Source: Cenococcum geophilum (taxonomy: Eukaryota). From it: 64,000 nucleotides of DNA. Positions 48,560 through 60,980 of this stretch are shown here, one piece after another. The translations under genes were made by a program, and so were the position numbers. The notes under the pieces were generated by a model. It ran no database searches, had not been told where the DNA came from, and saw nothing but the letters and a program-made list of their open reading frames with translations. Position 1 is the first letter of the stretch. The number at the start of each line of letters is the position of its first letter. The stretch spans positions 26,598,001-26,662,000 of the forward strand of contig CP158635.1 of NCBI GenBank assembly GCA_050273025.1, in the 5' to 3' direction.

Positions 48560-51110
48560 TATCTAAGAGGCAATAGACTATATTATAATGCCGGAATATC
48601 CAGTAACTAGAAAAGAAGGAATTGTACACTTTATCTATAAAGCAACACCTCTGCTATCTATAGATGCAGATAAAGAAATAGTATACAAGGTTATTAAGTA
48701 GTATATGTCGAAGGTATGTAATACACATGCTAGGTATATACTATACTTATACCTCTAATAGATTTAATTTTCGTTTTATAAAACCGGTGACCCTAAAGTT
48801 ACACAACTATAACTCCTTGGAGAAAACAATAATTGGGAGAGTAAAAAAGTATTTTATTAAGCGTTTAAATGTAGCGGCATTAAACACTACGAGCACGCTC
48901 ATAAGGATGTCCTCTATATATACCCCGCATATAATAGGGTTAAGCTTAAATCAATTAACGACCTCTGAAAGTATAGCAGTCGTCTACACTAAGCAGTAGA
49001 GGTTAATAAAAAGCTTAAGCAAAGTATAGAGAAGTAAGCATTATCTATATATATTAGGTAAATACTTATAATATACAGCTACTACAACGGTATTCTATAA
49101 TTATGGCGGTAGTATACCTATCCTAGTACACAAGAACATGTATGTAGTGAAAGCAGACTAATAATGTTTTCTTAATATGGAGTGCGTATATGGCCAGCGT
49201 ATGCGTAATATATGCTTATTATATACAGATGATGTTTATCAGTTGTTCTAGCAGCAGTGATACTAAACCATAGCACACTGCTTGGCCTTTATTATTAACA
49301 ACTGCTAGGGTAGATATTTAATACCTACGTCTACTTATTAAATATAGGGTTTAGGAACTTAAAAAAGAATATACCTATATTGGACATTCAACGTTAAAGC
49401 GAAAAAATTGTGGTAGGTAATGTATATACTATATATACGCTACGCATATGCTAAGCCTACTAGGGTTTAACTATCCGCAAGGCCAAGGTAGGGTAGTAAG
49501 CCGAACATATAGTGCACGGTTAGATTGCTATATTCCTGTTAATATAGCACGGTATCCTTATATTTGCCTTATTATACGGAATTCTTATATATATCATCCA
49601 CCATACCCAACAAAGCTACTAATTAACCTTGCTAATAATGTAGTTAAAGCAATAAGGCAGGTGGAAGTCCTAAGCCTTACTATATATATGCCCCGTATAT
49701 ACACAGTATATGCAAATAAAACTACTTACTATAGCATAGGTCGATTTATCCTATCTCTACAGTATTATACTCTATGTAAGAAGTATAGGGCGCAGATACT
49801 ACGTGCAGTGTATAGTAGTCTTAATATTAAGGATCGAATTACTGCTTTAATTCAAAAGGAAAGGATGCTATAATTCCTAGAGGGGACGGCATATATAGGT
49901 AAGTATAGGTTAGATACACGCCAAGTATATACAGAGCCTAAGCGTAGCAGGTATACTACGCGAGTTCTCTATTAACCAACATAAAGAGAATATAGAGCAA
50001 TGGATTCGGGTAATTTATAACTTTAATAACGAGCATTTCCTTATTATATGCTGTATATACGCGTAAGCTAAGGCATTCCAACACGTAATATGTATCGAAA
50101 TGGACCTATTATTTAAAATGGTTTAAGGTAAAACGAATTTATTTTTAATTATGGGATAGGATAAGAATTCCAAACGTATACATGCCCTATGCTAAGTATA
50201 TACTATATATAGGCTAATATCTATAACAGGAATTAAGGTATGGGTATACGTATTTCTAAACTTAGAAACACGTACTGCATACATAAAGATATTTTAGCTA
50301 GTATTTAAGGTTTTAAGTAATACTGCCCGATTATCTATATAATTTATATATATTTATGAAACCGGACTTCGCACGGCTATAGTTAATATATGTAAGAAAT
50401 AAGCTAGTGGTAAGTATACGCTGCGTATATACCTAGCATATACTAATAATATATAGGCTTTAGGGATTACCTATATATAATTAACCCATCCTATAAATAG
50501 GATGAATACCTTTAGTATATACTTGTATTCTGCCAAGTATATATTAAACGAAACTTTATAAAGCGCTTTCTAACTTATAAAGCAAGATATATTATAGAGT
50601 AGATATAGGAAGTAGAGACGGAGCAGAAACTAATGGAGCGTATATAAAGTATATACATTCTATATCCGGAGCTTACGTCTTAAATAAACAATAAGAAGAA
50701 AATATAGATACTAGCTAGGCTTATAAAGGAAAAGTTAAAGGTCCCTTATAAGTGGTAGGTATATATATAAAAGTATACTAGAATTAGTAAAAGTAGTCAC
50801 TTTTAAGATAATAACTTTACCGGTCGAAACTTATGCATACTTACTATAGTACTACGGTAAATGTATACGCTTTGTATATGCACCGCATATTCTAATATTT
50901 TAGTATAGGCTTAAACTCCATATATAAGAAATATTTAACCTATAAGAGCTATATAAAGAGATAGGAATAGATAATATATAGAGAAATTATAGTAACTTAA
51001 AGCGGATAGCAGTATAGCTACAGAAATAAAGTATATATATGCGCTGCAAATGCAAAGTAGATGCTAAGCTTAAGCAGCCCAGAAACAGCGGAAAGCAGCT
51101 GAGCGACGAG
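48560..51110 (+). pseudogene. MULE-type DDE transposase relic (multi-exon)
   Basis: Degenerate segments PEYPVT, RNS(H).HHPPYPTK, IEMDL.FK (D1, ~50095), IV(D).CKK.A (D2, ~50380), LVFCQV(H) (CxxH, ~50525) and S(E)SSHF (E, ~50790). Residues in brackets need RIP reversal. Boundaries are approximate. Confidence 0.65.
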
Positions 51111-51699
51111 CTAGAAATCCTAAACTAAATCTTCCTTAGAATCCTTAGAACCTATTTAACACCCCTAAGCCTAATCTATAGTATATACCTAATATAGAAT
51201 TACTTACTATATTTAGTGGGCAGACTATATCGCAGATAAGTAGAGCAGATAATAATATTATATTAGTATTAGATACGTCGCGCGTATCCACAGCATATGT
51301 AGCGCAGATATTGCCCCTATTATCTTAAAGTTAAACGCCCCGGACTGTGGGTAAAAGGTATAGGTCTAACCTATCTACGGAGGAGATAGAGAAGGAGGCA
51401 TATACACTCCATATAGAAAATATGGAGTAACGAATTAATAAATTAAAATAGGCTAAAGATATATATAATAAAGCGAAGGAGCTAGCAGAGCTTAAAAAGT
51501 AGGTGTAGGAGCATAGTATTGGCATATAGGGCGCATATACACGGTATACGCAGAGTAAGTATTATAAAGTTCCATTACTATAAATAAAGAATTAATTGAT
51601 ATAGGCCTATAGCCTAGCGCCCTATGTCGGGCATATACCTAGCCTATCCCTCCACCAAACTCCACCTAAACTCCGATCATGTATATTACATATTGCGTA

Positions 51700-53650
51700 T
51701 ACAGTGTGCAGGCCTAGCATATGCTAGGGCTTAACTAGTAATATAGGACGAGCGGCGGGTTCTACTTGCGGTGGGAGTGGCTTATATAGAGCATAAGCAT
51801 AATATACGTAATAGAATAAACTAAACTTACCGGAGCTTTCACTACTACTACGGCGGCGGCCTGCTGTTTTTCTGCTCCCTATGCTAAATATTAGCAGTGT
51901 ATATGCAGGATATATACAAAGCAAACCTACCGCTCTGGCGGCGTGCGGACGGCAAGGGGGATTCCTTGCGGTCGTCCGGGGGGGTTAGGCCGCGCTGCGC
52001 ATATAGTTAGCGTATACTAAATATATACAGGTAAAATACTAACCTTACGCTTTAAGCCGGTGGAGGGAGTAGTAGGGCCGACGCGCTGTTTCCCTTGTGT
52101 TAGCATACGCCTAGCATAAGCGCGTATTAGCCTATAGTTAGTAGAAGACATTAGGGGTTTGTATATACGTAGGGTATGCGCGTATAAGCTAGCAATATAA
52201 CTAAGTGGTGGTTTTGGTGATATATATGCAGGGGATACGCCAAATTAAACTTTCCCAGTCTCCTAAATATAGAGTTAAGCGTTGGTTTCGGAATCGGGTA
52301 GTAGCCCTAGTAGTAGCCATGCTTATTCCTTATATACGCTACCCTTAGGCCTACAAGTACCTTTAGGTTTAAAATTAAACTTAGGGGGAATAAGTATATA
52401 GATAGATAGATATATATATTAGGGTATGGTGCGCATATATAGAAGCGACACTAGTGCTCTTACCTCACAATAGAATTGCCTGCTAAATTGGGTGGTAAAC
52501 CCCTAGTCCTAGGCACTGTATTTAATTAGCTTAGGCTAAGCGTATACGCGGTATAGGGTGGATATACACAAAGAGTGTGCAGGCATCTGTATACTCCAAG
52601 ATCCTAGAACCCGAGGGGCCACAACTATAGACACTATTAGCGACGCATATGCGACACATGGGCATAGACATACCCGGGCTTATATAGGTATCTCGTATCC
52701 CACTAGCCACTAGAGAGAACAAACAGCTTTAGGGAACTATAATGCATTAGCCTCGCATATGCGCTGCATATACATAGCATATACTTCTCGCCTGCGACCA
52801 GCTCTCCGACTAATGTGTTGTTAGTAGTTAGGTTAATTACTGTATATGGTAAGCATATACCGAGCTGCTATAACAATATAGTAGTATATATAAGCACCGC
52901 TGTGCTTATTGCGGATATGCCGGTAATACTACAGCCATATTAGTAGAGCCGCAGGCGCTGCGCATATATAAAACGTATACTTAGCTAAGCGGTAAAGATA
53001 CGGCCGCATATTTGCGTACCGTTGACTGCAATATTACACCTAAACTTTGAATTAGTATATGCTACGCATAGGGTGTGGATAAGCAATATATACTATAGTG
53101 TTGACCAAGAAGAGCATGGAGGCGGCATTGGGTAGGTCTGGTATACGCTTAGTATATGCCTATGCTATACATAGAGCTGTATATACTCGCGTTATTTTAG
53201 ACCGAAACAGTTAGGGCTATATACAGTTAGCATATACACCGGATATGCGGCTCTATATACACTTACGTCTTCCTCTAGCGAGAGCTGCTGTAGCGCGCGC
53301 TATAGTTATTATAAGCATATACCGTGTATATGTAATCCTATAACTAACCAGGAGTTACCTAACTGGGATTAGGATTTGGAATCGGACCTATAAGGCTTTA
53401 TAAGTATGGTGTAAGCATATATTCTATATATGCTTACTATAGTAATGGCCAAAGGCAGAAGGGTTAGCGGCGGAGGCCACCTGCGGGTTATCGAAGTCTG
53501 CGATTGTTAGATTGCTTATAGTAAGCGTATACGCGGCGTATACAATAGTTAAATTGGTAATAGGAATTTGCCTTATTTTTTCTGTCAGCATATGCAAGAC
53601 CTATGCCTATATTATGCTGTATATACTTATGGCATACGCTGTAATGTTAT
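51700..53650 (-). pseudogene. Second, convergent multi-exon gene relic inside the MULE-like element, with a C2H2-like finger
   Basis: Short coding-like blocks lie between intron-like spacers. They include KFRCNIAVNGTQICGRIFTA (~52985-53047) and RHIRNKH (~52900-52922). Boundaries are approximate. Confidence 0.45.
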
Positions 53651-54382
53651 AGAGAAGAAGTTATAGTGTGACTGTTGTTGTGGATATGCTACGCGTGTGC
53701 ACGGGCCATGTTTTAATGACTAACTACTATTACCTTAAATGGCCATTGTTTAGCGTATATGCGCGGCATATACACTTCTATAAACTAGGATATTTATGAT
53801 TTAAGGATAAACGGCTTTGCATTTCCTATTTTATTTAAATTACATGTGCATTGCATATGCGTAGGCTCAGCGTGGTCTCAAGCTAACTGTGGTCACGAAG
53901 CTGGTTTGTAAGTTCTGACCACGTTGAACTTTCTGACCACGCCGAGTCTTTTCCGTGACCACGCCGAGCTGTGAGCCCGCGAATTCCTCAACGAGGGTCT
54001 GGGGCACCTGGGATAACATTTGCAACCGAACGATCCATTACCCTTTTGTTAAGGTCACCTGACTGAGCGCCAACTACTTTGACGTCGAGTTAAGAATCTC
54101 TTGCCAGTGCTTTCGATGCGCCACCTCGCAGTTTCTCCATTGCTCCTTCGTTCCCCGCCTCTCATCGATCGTCTCCCGTTCCTCTTCACAAACTCCAATC
54201 AAAGTCTCTCTTTCCCCAAAGCATCCTCCTCCCTCAAACCTCCAGTAGAACTCGAAATTTCTCTATTGCTTTACATGCTAGCGTGGTTTTGCGGGCTCGG
54301 CGACTGCCAGTTTCGGCAGTTAGACGCGACTTTCTGCGATTTCTATCCTCAGCCTGCTTCCAGCCCTCCCTCGTGATTAATC

Positions 54383-55503
54383 ATGAATTCTCTTGACCCA
54401 ACTCCCACACTCTCAGGTACGTAGCGCGGATCGAGATCACAAACTTAGCCCTTGAAGAGATCTTCTCCGCGTGTGCGTCGCTCACAACATCTACTAACTA
54501 AACTACAGCATCTGTCTCATTGACGCTTTCTATGGTCCCAACAGACGCAAACTTCGATGTCCAACATTCGTCATTTTTCCAGCGACAAAGCCAATTACCA
54601 TCGCCGCAAACAGTCCGCTCACAAGCACGAGCCCAGCATCTTGCTGGCATTAACTGGGATAAGAGAAAGACCTTCAACTTAGCTGGCCCTAATGTGTATC
54701 CTCCACCTGTTTTATTCGAGTCCATCGGCTTGTTTGTTAAGTGGGGATCCACTGTTAGAATTGCTGAAGGTCAGTCTCTATATGCCGTTCGACACTGCCT
54801 TAAAAGCGTCGTGCCAGTCCCCGAAATCTACGGGTGGCGTACAGATGGAGACGAGATATTTCTCTATATGGAGGCGATAAACGGCAGGACTTTAGAGCAA
54901 GCGTGGGACAAGATGGGAATAAATGACCGCCTCAGTGTTTGTCGCGAGCTCCGGGCAATTTTTGATAATCTACGCCGGCTTAAACAAGATCCGCTGGACA
55001 CATTTATTGGTGGGATACCTTCTTTCTACCTAGCAACATATTCCGCAAGAGCTAAAATTGCATGTCTAGGCGGCATTGCACGGGATCCTCTTTATGACAG
55101 GGCCATCAACCCCAGATACATGTCAGAATCGGGACCATTCACTTCCGTTAAAAATTTCCATGATTGGTTCACCTTCCTACACCGGCGGCCAATGCCTGAT
55201 CCCCACGTTGTCCCCTTAGAACCCTTCCGCCAATGTCTTCCTGATGACATTGAGGTCGTATTCACACATGGAGATCTTCACCGGAGCAACATTATACTAA
55301 CATTGTCTAGCCCACCCAGGGTTATTGCAATCGTGGATTGGGAACAGGCTGGCTGGCTACCGGCCTACTGGGAGGATCGCAAAGCCCACTTCACTGCTAA
55401 TTATTTGGGAGAATGGTCTGAGAAGTATCTGCCAATGATTTTGGATCAGTATATAGACACCTGGGAGCCATGGGACTACTACACAATAGCTATGGGTTGC
55501 TGA
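54383..55503 (+). CDS. APH/choline-kinase-like phosphotransferase family protein
   Basis: Likely exons 54383-54416, 54509-55009 and 55070-55503. Motifs FVKWG, VPVPEIYGW, LYMEAING.TL, FTHGDLHRSNI and IVDWEQAGW.P.YWE. Confidence 0.85.
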
Positions 55504-55921
55504 GTTTCAGGGCCAGGTGACACTGGACACGTAGAAGGTGACGTATCGCGTGATTGTGGGGAAAGAATGGAGATATAATACAGCCGAGGGTTGGTTGCGG
55601 AATGTTCAAGATAATAACCCTTATTGTGGACTAACAGATGGACAGACAAAGCGGATGCGGCTCGCGGGGATCGTAGGGCTTGCGGCGGCGATCCTTACAA
55701 TCCACGGCAATCGAGATGATTTAAGCGGAAATCATGATCCCAGCCAGAGGGGTCTATGTATAGTTCGCCCTCATAGCTTGATCCTATCATACAAACTTCC
55801 CGTCAATTCACTCCACAAGGTCTCGACATAATGTGCCACTGCTTAATGAATCTTGTCACCCCAAAGCAGCTCGCGGACCGGAACAACACGCTGCGCAATT
55901 GGCGATTAACCTGTCCGCTTT

Positions 55922-56423
55922 TCACAATTGTCTGGGTGCAGTCTGCAGCACTGAGGTGGTGGCGCTAGCAATATAGCCATCGTCAATAAGCTTTTGGACG
56001 AAGTCCTCAATCCAGTTCTGACAATTGAGGGCCTGTATGGGGTGTTAGACACGGAGTTTGTGTTACCGAGGACATTCTTACCGCTGTATCGAAGGGATTG
56101 GGGCTGCGGCCTGGAGGCTGCACAACAGTGGCGGCTGATTCAAGCCGATCGTGGGCCGTTGTATCTGCTGTGGCAGCTCCACCCCCCACAGTATCGGCAA
56201 TGTATTGGTCATTGACTTGGGCCAGTGGGACGATCTGGTATCGGCGAGTTGTCGTCGCGAAGTTGTATCTGCGCTTGAATTCCAGGTAGAACCCGGTGGC
56301 CGTGGATCCGGTGACGTGAATCAATTTCCCCGCGTGCTCTGTGCCAGGCGTGGGAATAAAGATGGCCCAATGAGCAGGTCTCGCACCATTAGAGAAGACT
56401 GCTAGATATATTGTTCGAGGCAT
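55922..56423 (-). CDS. DUF6540-like small protein (permuted papain-like fold candidate), 150 aa
   Basis: Exons 56423-56082 and 56032-55922 (intron GTAAGA..CTAAC..CAG). Motifs AHWAIFIP, LIHVTG...GF.LEFKR and the spliced NCQNWI..FV..L. Confidence 0.72.
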
Positions 56424-57099
56424 TATCTAAGGGCAAACGGTGATAGGAAAGTTCTAGCGAATAAAAGAGCCAGCATACCACACAGAAAGGGAACAGGTCT
56501 ACTTAAATAGGATCTGGAAATATATATATAATATTTTTCCAGACTCTACACACCCGGGTGTATGGTGTCATGTTTTAGGTCTGATGAGGTGGTATTACAA
56601 TCCACATTATTACTTCCCTCTTAGTTGTTCACGGTTAGTTAAGTACCTCTTCCAACAATTAAGTTCATATTAACGGTCATTTTGAGGTCATGGCTTGAAC
56701 CAACAAGACAGAGTTTCACGCCAACAAAGTGAGACCTAGAGAACTTCATAGAGGCGTCATGTGATGATAGCTGCCTAATTTATGCTGATTCCATTAGTCA
56801 CGCGTAGGACACCATCGTTTCCAACTATACGGTAGCAACACTACACCCGGTTGTCGATAATTCAACAAATACGACACCAGCACCCTCCATATACTAGCAT
56901 AGCATGACACCTGCCCTTTCACCCCTAAGTGAATCGGTGATTTTATCACACCTGAACACCGTGCACGATATCCATGAATTTGTGGAAGGGAGCCTATATA
57001 CCCTCATTCTATCGCGTTGGGTGGACGTAAGTTTAGAGACTTAAATCCTCTTGTACAAAACCTACTATTCTAAGACGGGTCCAACTACATAAATTGGAA

Positions 57100-57560
57100 A
57101 TCGGGCTTATAGATTTAAGGTATCTAGTCCTCTAAAACTTAAATATAAGATTAAGTAGAGTATCCCTCTTAGGCGATTTCTTATCCCTTTCTATAACCAC
57201 TAAATAGGACCTCCTAAGAGCCTTAAAAAAGCTTACCTATAATATAACTATACCCCTTATCCTTTTTATAAGTATTAACCTTACCTTTATCCTATTTCTA
57301 TAGTAGTATATAAAAGATATAGGATTATTATTTATTAGAACTTCCCTTAATCGAACACTTGTTACTTTATATAATCTTAAACTACCTTAATTACTTCTAT
57401 TTCTTATATTTAATTACCTACCTTAATTAAGCCTTTACTAAGTCCTTTATAATTAAGGGCCGCTTTTTATCTAATTATTTTCTTATATAGTATTTATATA
57501 ATATTTAATATAATGTGCTTTAGTATATAAAAGTCCTAGCTTAAAGTTCAGCTCCCTATA
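57100..57560 (-). mobile_element. RIPed Tc1/IS630-type transposase fragment
   Basis: Degenerate KKRPLI, SNKCSI (SDECS-like) and IVIL*VSFF..RSYLVVIERD (VMVW..RSDLV.MERD-like) motifs. Confidence 0.6.
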
Positions 57561-57566
57561 TATAAT

Positions 57567-57707
57567 TGTCAATCGGTAGTCCGTGCACCGATAAGTAAGT
57601 AAAGAATAAGGACTCTGTCTATTTAAACTATAAAGAAAAGAAGCTATTTATATATGAGGTAGGTGTCTGAAATAGGAAAGGTAGGGGGGGTCTGTAACTA
57701 AAATGGG
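57567..57707 (-). mobile_element. Partial LTR (family X-like), interrupted by Gypsy C
   Basis: TGTCAATCGGTAGTCCGTGCACCGAT.. resembles TGTTAATCGGAAGACCGTGCACCGAT.. at 567. Confidence 0.65.
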
Positions 57708-60700
57708 TGTAATGGCGCTATTGCTCATTACCTGCCAAATTCTGCCATATTCTGCCAACCTATAATTGGCTTGCCCAAAGCTAGCGCCTTAGCGGCTCAC
57801 CCTATATATTTGTTTACATCGGTCCTAGTAACCCCTTTTTTCCTTCTCCTTAGCTTAGTATCTTCGTAATACAGTATTCGTTTAAGCTTCGGTTTAGAGG
57901 CATTTATTTAAGCCGTAATATTATACTAAGCTTACCCTACCCTGCCTGGGAAGGCCTTAATAATATTCTACCCTAAAAAAGAAACTTTATCTATAATAAC
58001 GCGTTAACGCGCTATACTTAGACACTAAAACAACTCTATATTACCTAGGAAGGCCTAGATAATATCCTACCTTACGAGCTAGATAGGGCTAGACCTATAC
58101 CCCCGGAATTAAAGCTAAAGCGTATAATATTAGTAAACCTTAGGAAGCTAACGATGGTACCTAAAGTAAGCTTATTTAAGAGAGCTGCCTCTACCTAAGA
58201 GGAACCTAAGATCTAATTAGGATTAGAAATTAAAGATAATAATATTATTATAGACGTACGCGAGTAGATTTACGCCCTTACAGCTAGCTAGAAAGCTAAT
58301 TATCTTAAAGTAAGAAATATATAAGAGACCCTATAAGAGATCCTAGAAAGCCTTATAGCCCTATAAAATGGCTTAGCTTCCCCCTTTTAAAGCCCTAGCT
58401 AACCTATTTACTCTACTAAATATAATATACTAGGGAGTACAGATATAATAATAAAGTAATTAAAGTCCGTTAAGCTCCCTAACCCCCTACTATTATCTAA
58501 TAGGATAGACCCTACCTTTAAGAATTAGAGGATTTAAGTACAAGGAAAGCTCCGTGTTAACTATAACTATTTCCTTTATAAAGAAGCTAAAATACTCTAC
58601 CTCTTTAGTTAAACTACTAGGGACGCCTAACGGCACCTTTAAGCCAAATTTAAGGACGAGTCCTCTATCTAATTTATATCTATTAATGAGATAATACGGC
58701 ACCTAGCAGCTATCTATATTAACCTAAATAAAGTATAAAACGCCTAGTATAATTATAATCGCCTAATAATAAAACTAAACTAACCTATTACTAAATTTTA
58801 GACTTAATTCCTATACCTTATAGGAGAAGGCTAAGTTCCCCTTAAGAACTACTAATTAGACCTATATAATAAGCTAATAATTCGGCTATAAGAGAAGATC
58901 GCTGTAACCTTAAATAACCTACCAACTTATAACAGACTTGCAGCTTATTACCTATTATTAGACTTAGAACTAAAGCGGATTAACGCCCGCCCTAATTAGT
59001 AGAAGTAACTCTATAGTAATTAGAACTCGCTAGCTATACCTATAAAAGCTAAAGTAAAAAGATAAGCTATAATTGCTCTTATACTAAAAGCGGTTATAAC
59101 TACGCACTAGCGAGCCTCGCCTAACTAGCTACGTACTACGCTATTAACTAGTATTCGCCGTAATACTCTAATTAACCCTACCTTGGCTATATACTACAAC
59201 TGTAATAAAGAGGATTACTTTACCTTATTTTACCTAGAGCTAAAGGATATAAGTAATATTAAGGAAATAAAGGAAGAAAAAACGTCCGATAAGTCGGGAA
59301 AAGAAAAACCCTAGGGAAAGACTCCCCCCTAGGGTACCCTATTAATCTTAAAGAGATTAATCTTAGTTAGTTAATAGGTGGAAAGCATTTTATAGTTCTA
59401 TATATAGTATCTTAAAATAGATATAAAGTTAATATAACCGCCCTTATTAACACTAGAGTAAATAGCTTTACCTTTATAAATACTGCCTATATAAATAATA
59501 TTGCTAAGTTTTTAAATGCAGAAGCTATCTAACTAGAGAAGCCTATATAGGTAAAAGGCTATAACGGCTAAGCCGGCTAGCCTATTACCTATATTTTAAA
59601 GTTATATATTACTCTTAATAGATAACGCCAATATAGTATTCCCTTTTATATCCTAGACCTAGAGTCCTATAATATAATCCTTAGACGAAAATAGATATCC
59701 TATTTTAATATTTAGTTAAATATACAATAAAGACAGTTTATCTGGCCAAAGGATAGACTAAGGTTACCCTCCTTTATTAGGGAGATCCGAACTAACTATA
59801 AGATACTAGCTGTAAGGGCTAACCTTACTTACTAGTAAAATATCCTAGCCCGTAATCTAGCCTTTACCTAAAAAAACGCCCGCCGTAAAGCTAGAAAGAA
59901 CTTTATACTAAGAAAGATACTCTCCTAAAGCGCTATATTTAAAGAGGACTCTATATATAGAAGTAGGATAGATAGTAATATAGATAATATCTAAATTGCG
60001 TAGATCTAACCGGTATAAAAAAGAACGCACTAATAGGATATAAGGGATAACCTTTAAAAGATGTAATAGGAGCTAAAAGGAGTAATAATAACGCTAGTAC
60101 CCTAGAAGTCCCTAAAGTTATATACGCCCCTATTATTATATAACGCCCCTACTATAAATATTACCGTAATTAGCGCTATAGTGTTTCACTTTAATATATA
60201 CCGGAAGGATAATAAGGTCTTTATAACGAGCCTATATAAGATTAACTAAATTATTAATAATAGGCAGAAAGAGCTAGCTAAGGAAACTAACGAGGAACTA
60301 GTTAAACGCCTCCTTTTTACTATTTATATAAATTATAAAGATATATTCTTAAAGACGGCTTTAAATAAGTTACCCCCTTACTAAATATATAATTATAAGA
60401 TTTAATTAAAAGCTAATAACTCGCTAAATTATAGCCCCCTTTACTAATAATTAACGGATAAGCTAAAAGTAATAAAGTAGTACTTAATTAATAACCTAGA
60501 TAAAGGGTTTATTAAGCTAAGTTAACCCTTTTTTACTTCCCCTATCCTATTTATAAAAAAGCCTAATAAAGGCCTCCGCCCCTGCATTAACTATTAAAAA
60601 CTAAATACTATTACTTAAAAGGATTAGTATTCTATTCTGTTAATTAATAAGACCCTTACACATCTAAGCTGGGTAAAGATCTTTACTAAATTTAATATCT

Positions 60701-60768
60701 ATTAAGCTTTCCACTAAATTAGAATAAATCCCGCATCTAAAGATTTAACTATATTCCGCACTTATTAT

Positions 60769-60980
60769 TGTTCGGATCACGGTGGGGGGGTTTTTGGTTC
60801 AATTGTATTCGTCTTGTTTTCTTGCAGAGGATCGTAAGGATCGCGGTGCCTAAATAGGGGGGGCTGAGGTCGGACTATCTATCGGGCCGTAGGTGGTCAG
60901 GTGACCTACGCTACGCTATACGGCCCCTGCCGCATACGCTCTGCGCGTAACACTATTTACAACCTCTACTTATACAGACA
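60769..60980. mobile_element. Solo LTR (family Y) inserted in the Gypsy C RT
   Basis: TG...CA termini with ATTAT TSD (60764-60768 and 60981-60985). Removing it restores the RT frame FRTYYSFYKYKVLPF. Confidence 0.85.

Larger units (their letters stand above)
47769..54001 (+). mobile_element. RIP-degenerated Mutator(MULE)-like DNA transposon, ~6.2 kb
   Basis: Imperfect TIRs CAGACCCTCG..GAGGAATT and AATTCCTC..CGAGGGTCTG, with repeated subterminal CGTGGTC motifs at both ends. An intron-rich transposase relic lies inside. No TSD was found. Confidence 0.7.

Noticed and set aside
48271..49873. ORF-track ORFs inside AT-rich blocks (here, and also 11391, 14961, 18357 and 58493)
   Set aside because: They are chance stop-free stretches or fragments of RIPed transposon genes, not functional CDS.
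56904..57032. ATG-initiated 41-codon exon ending at GTAAGT just before RIPed DNA
   Set aside because: It could be a gene truncated by transposon insertion, but it is too short to support.
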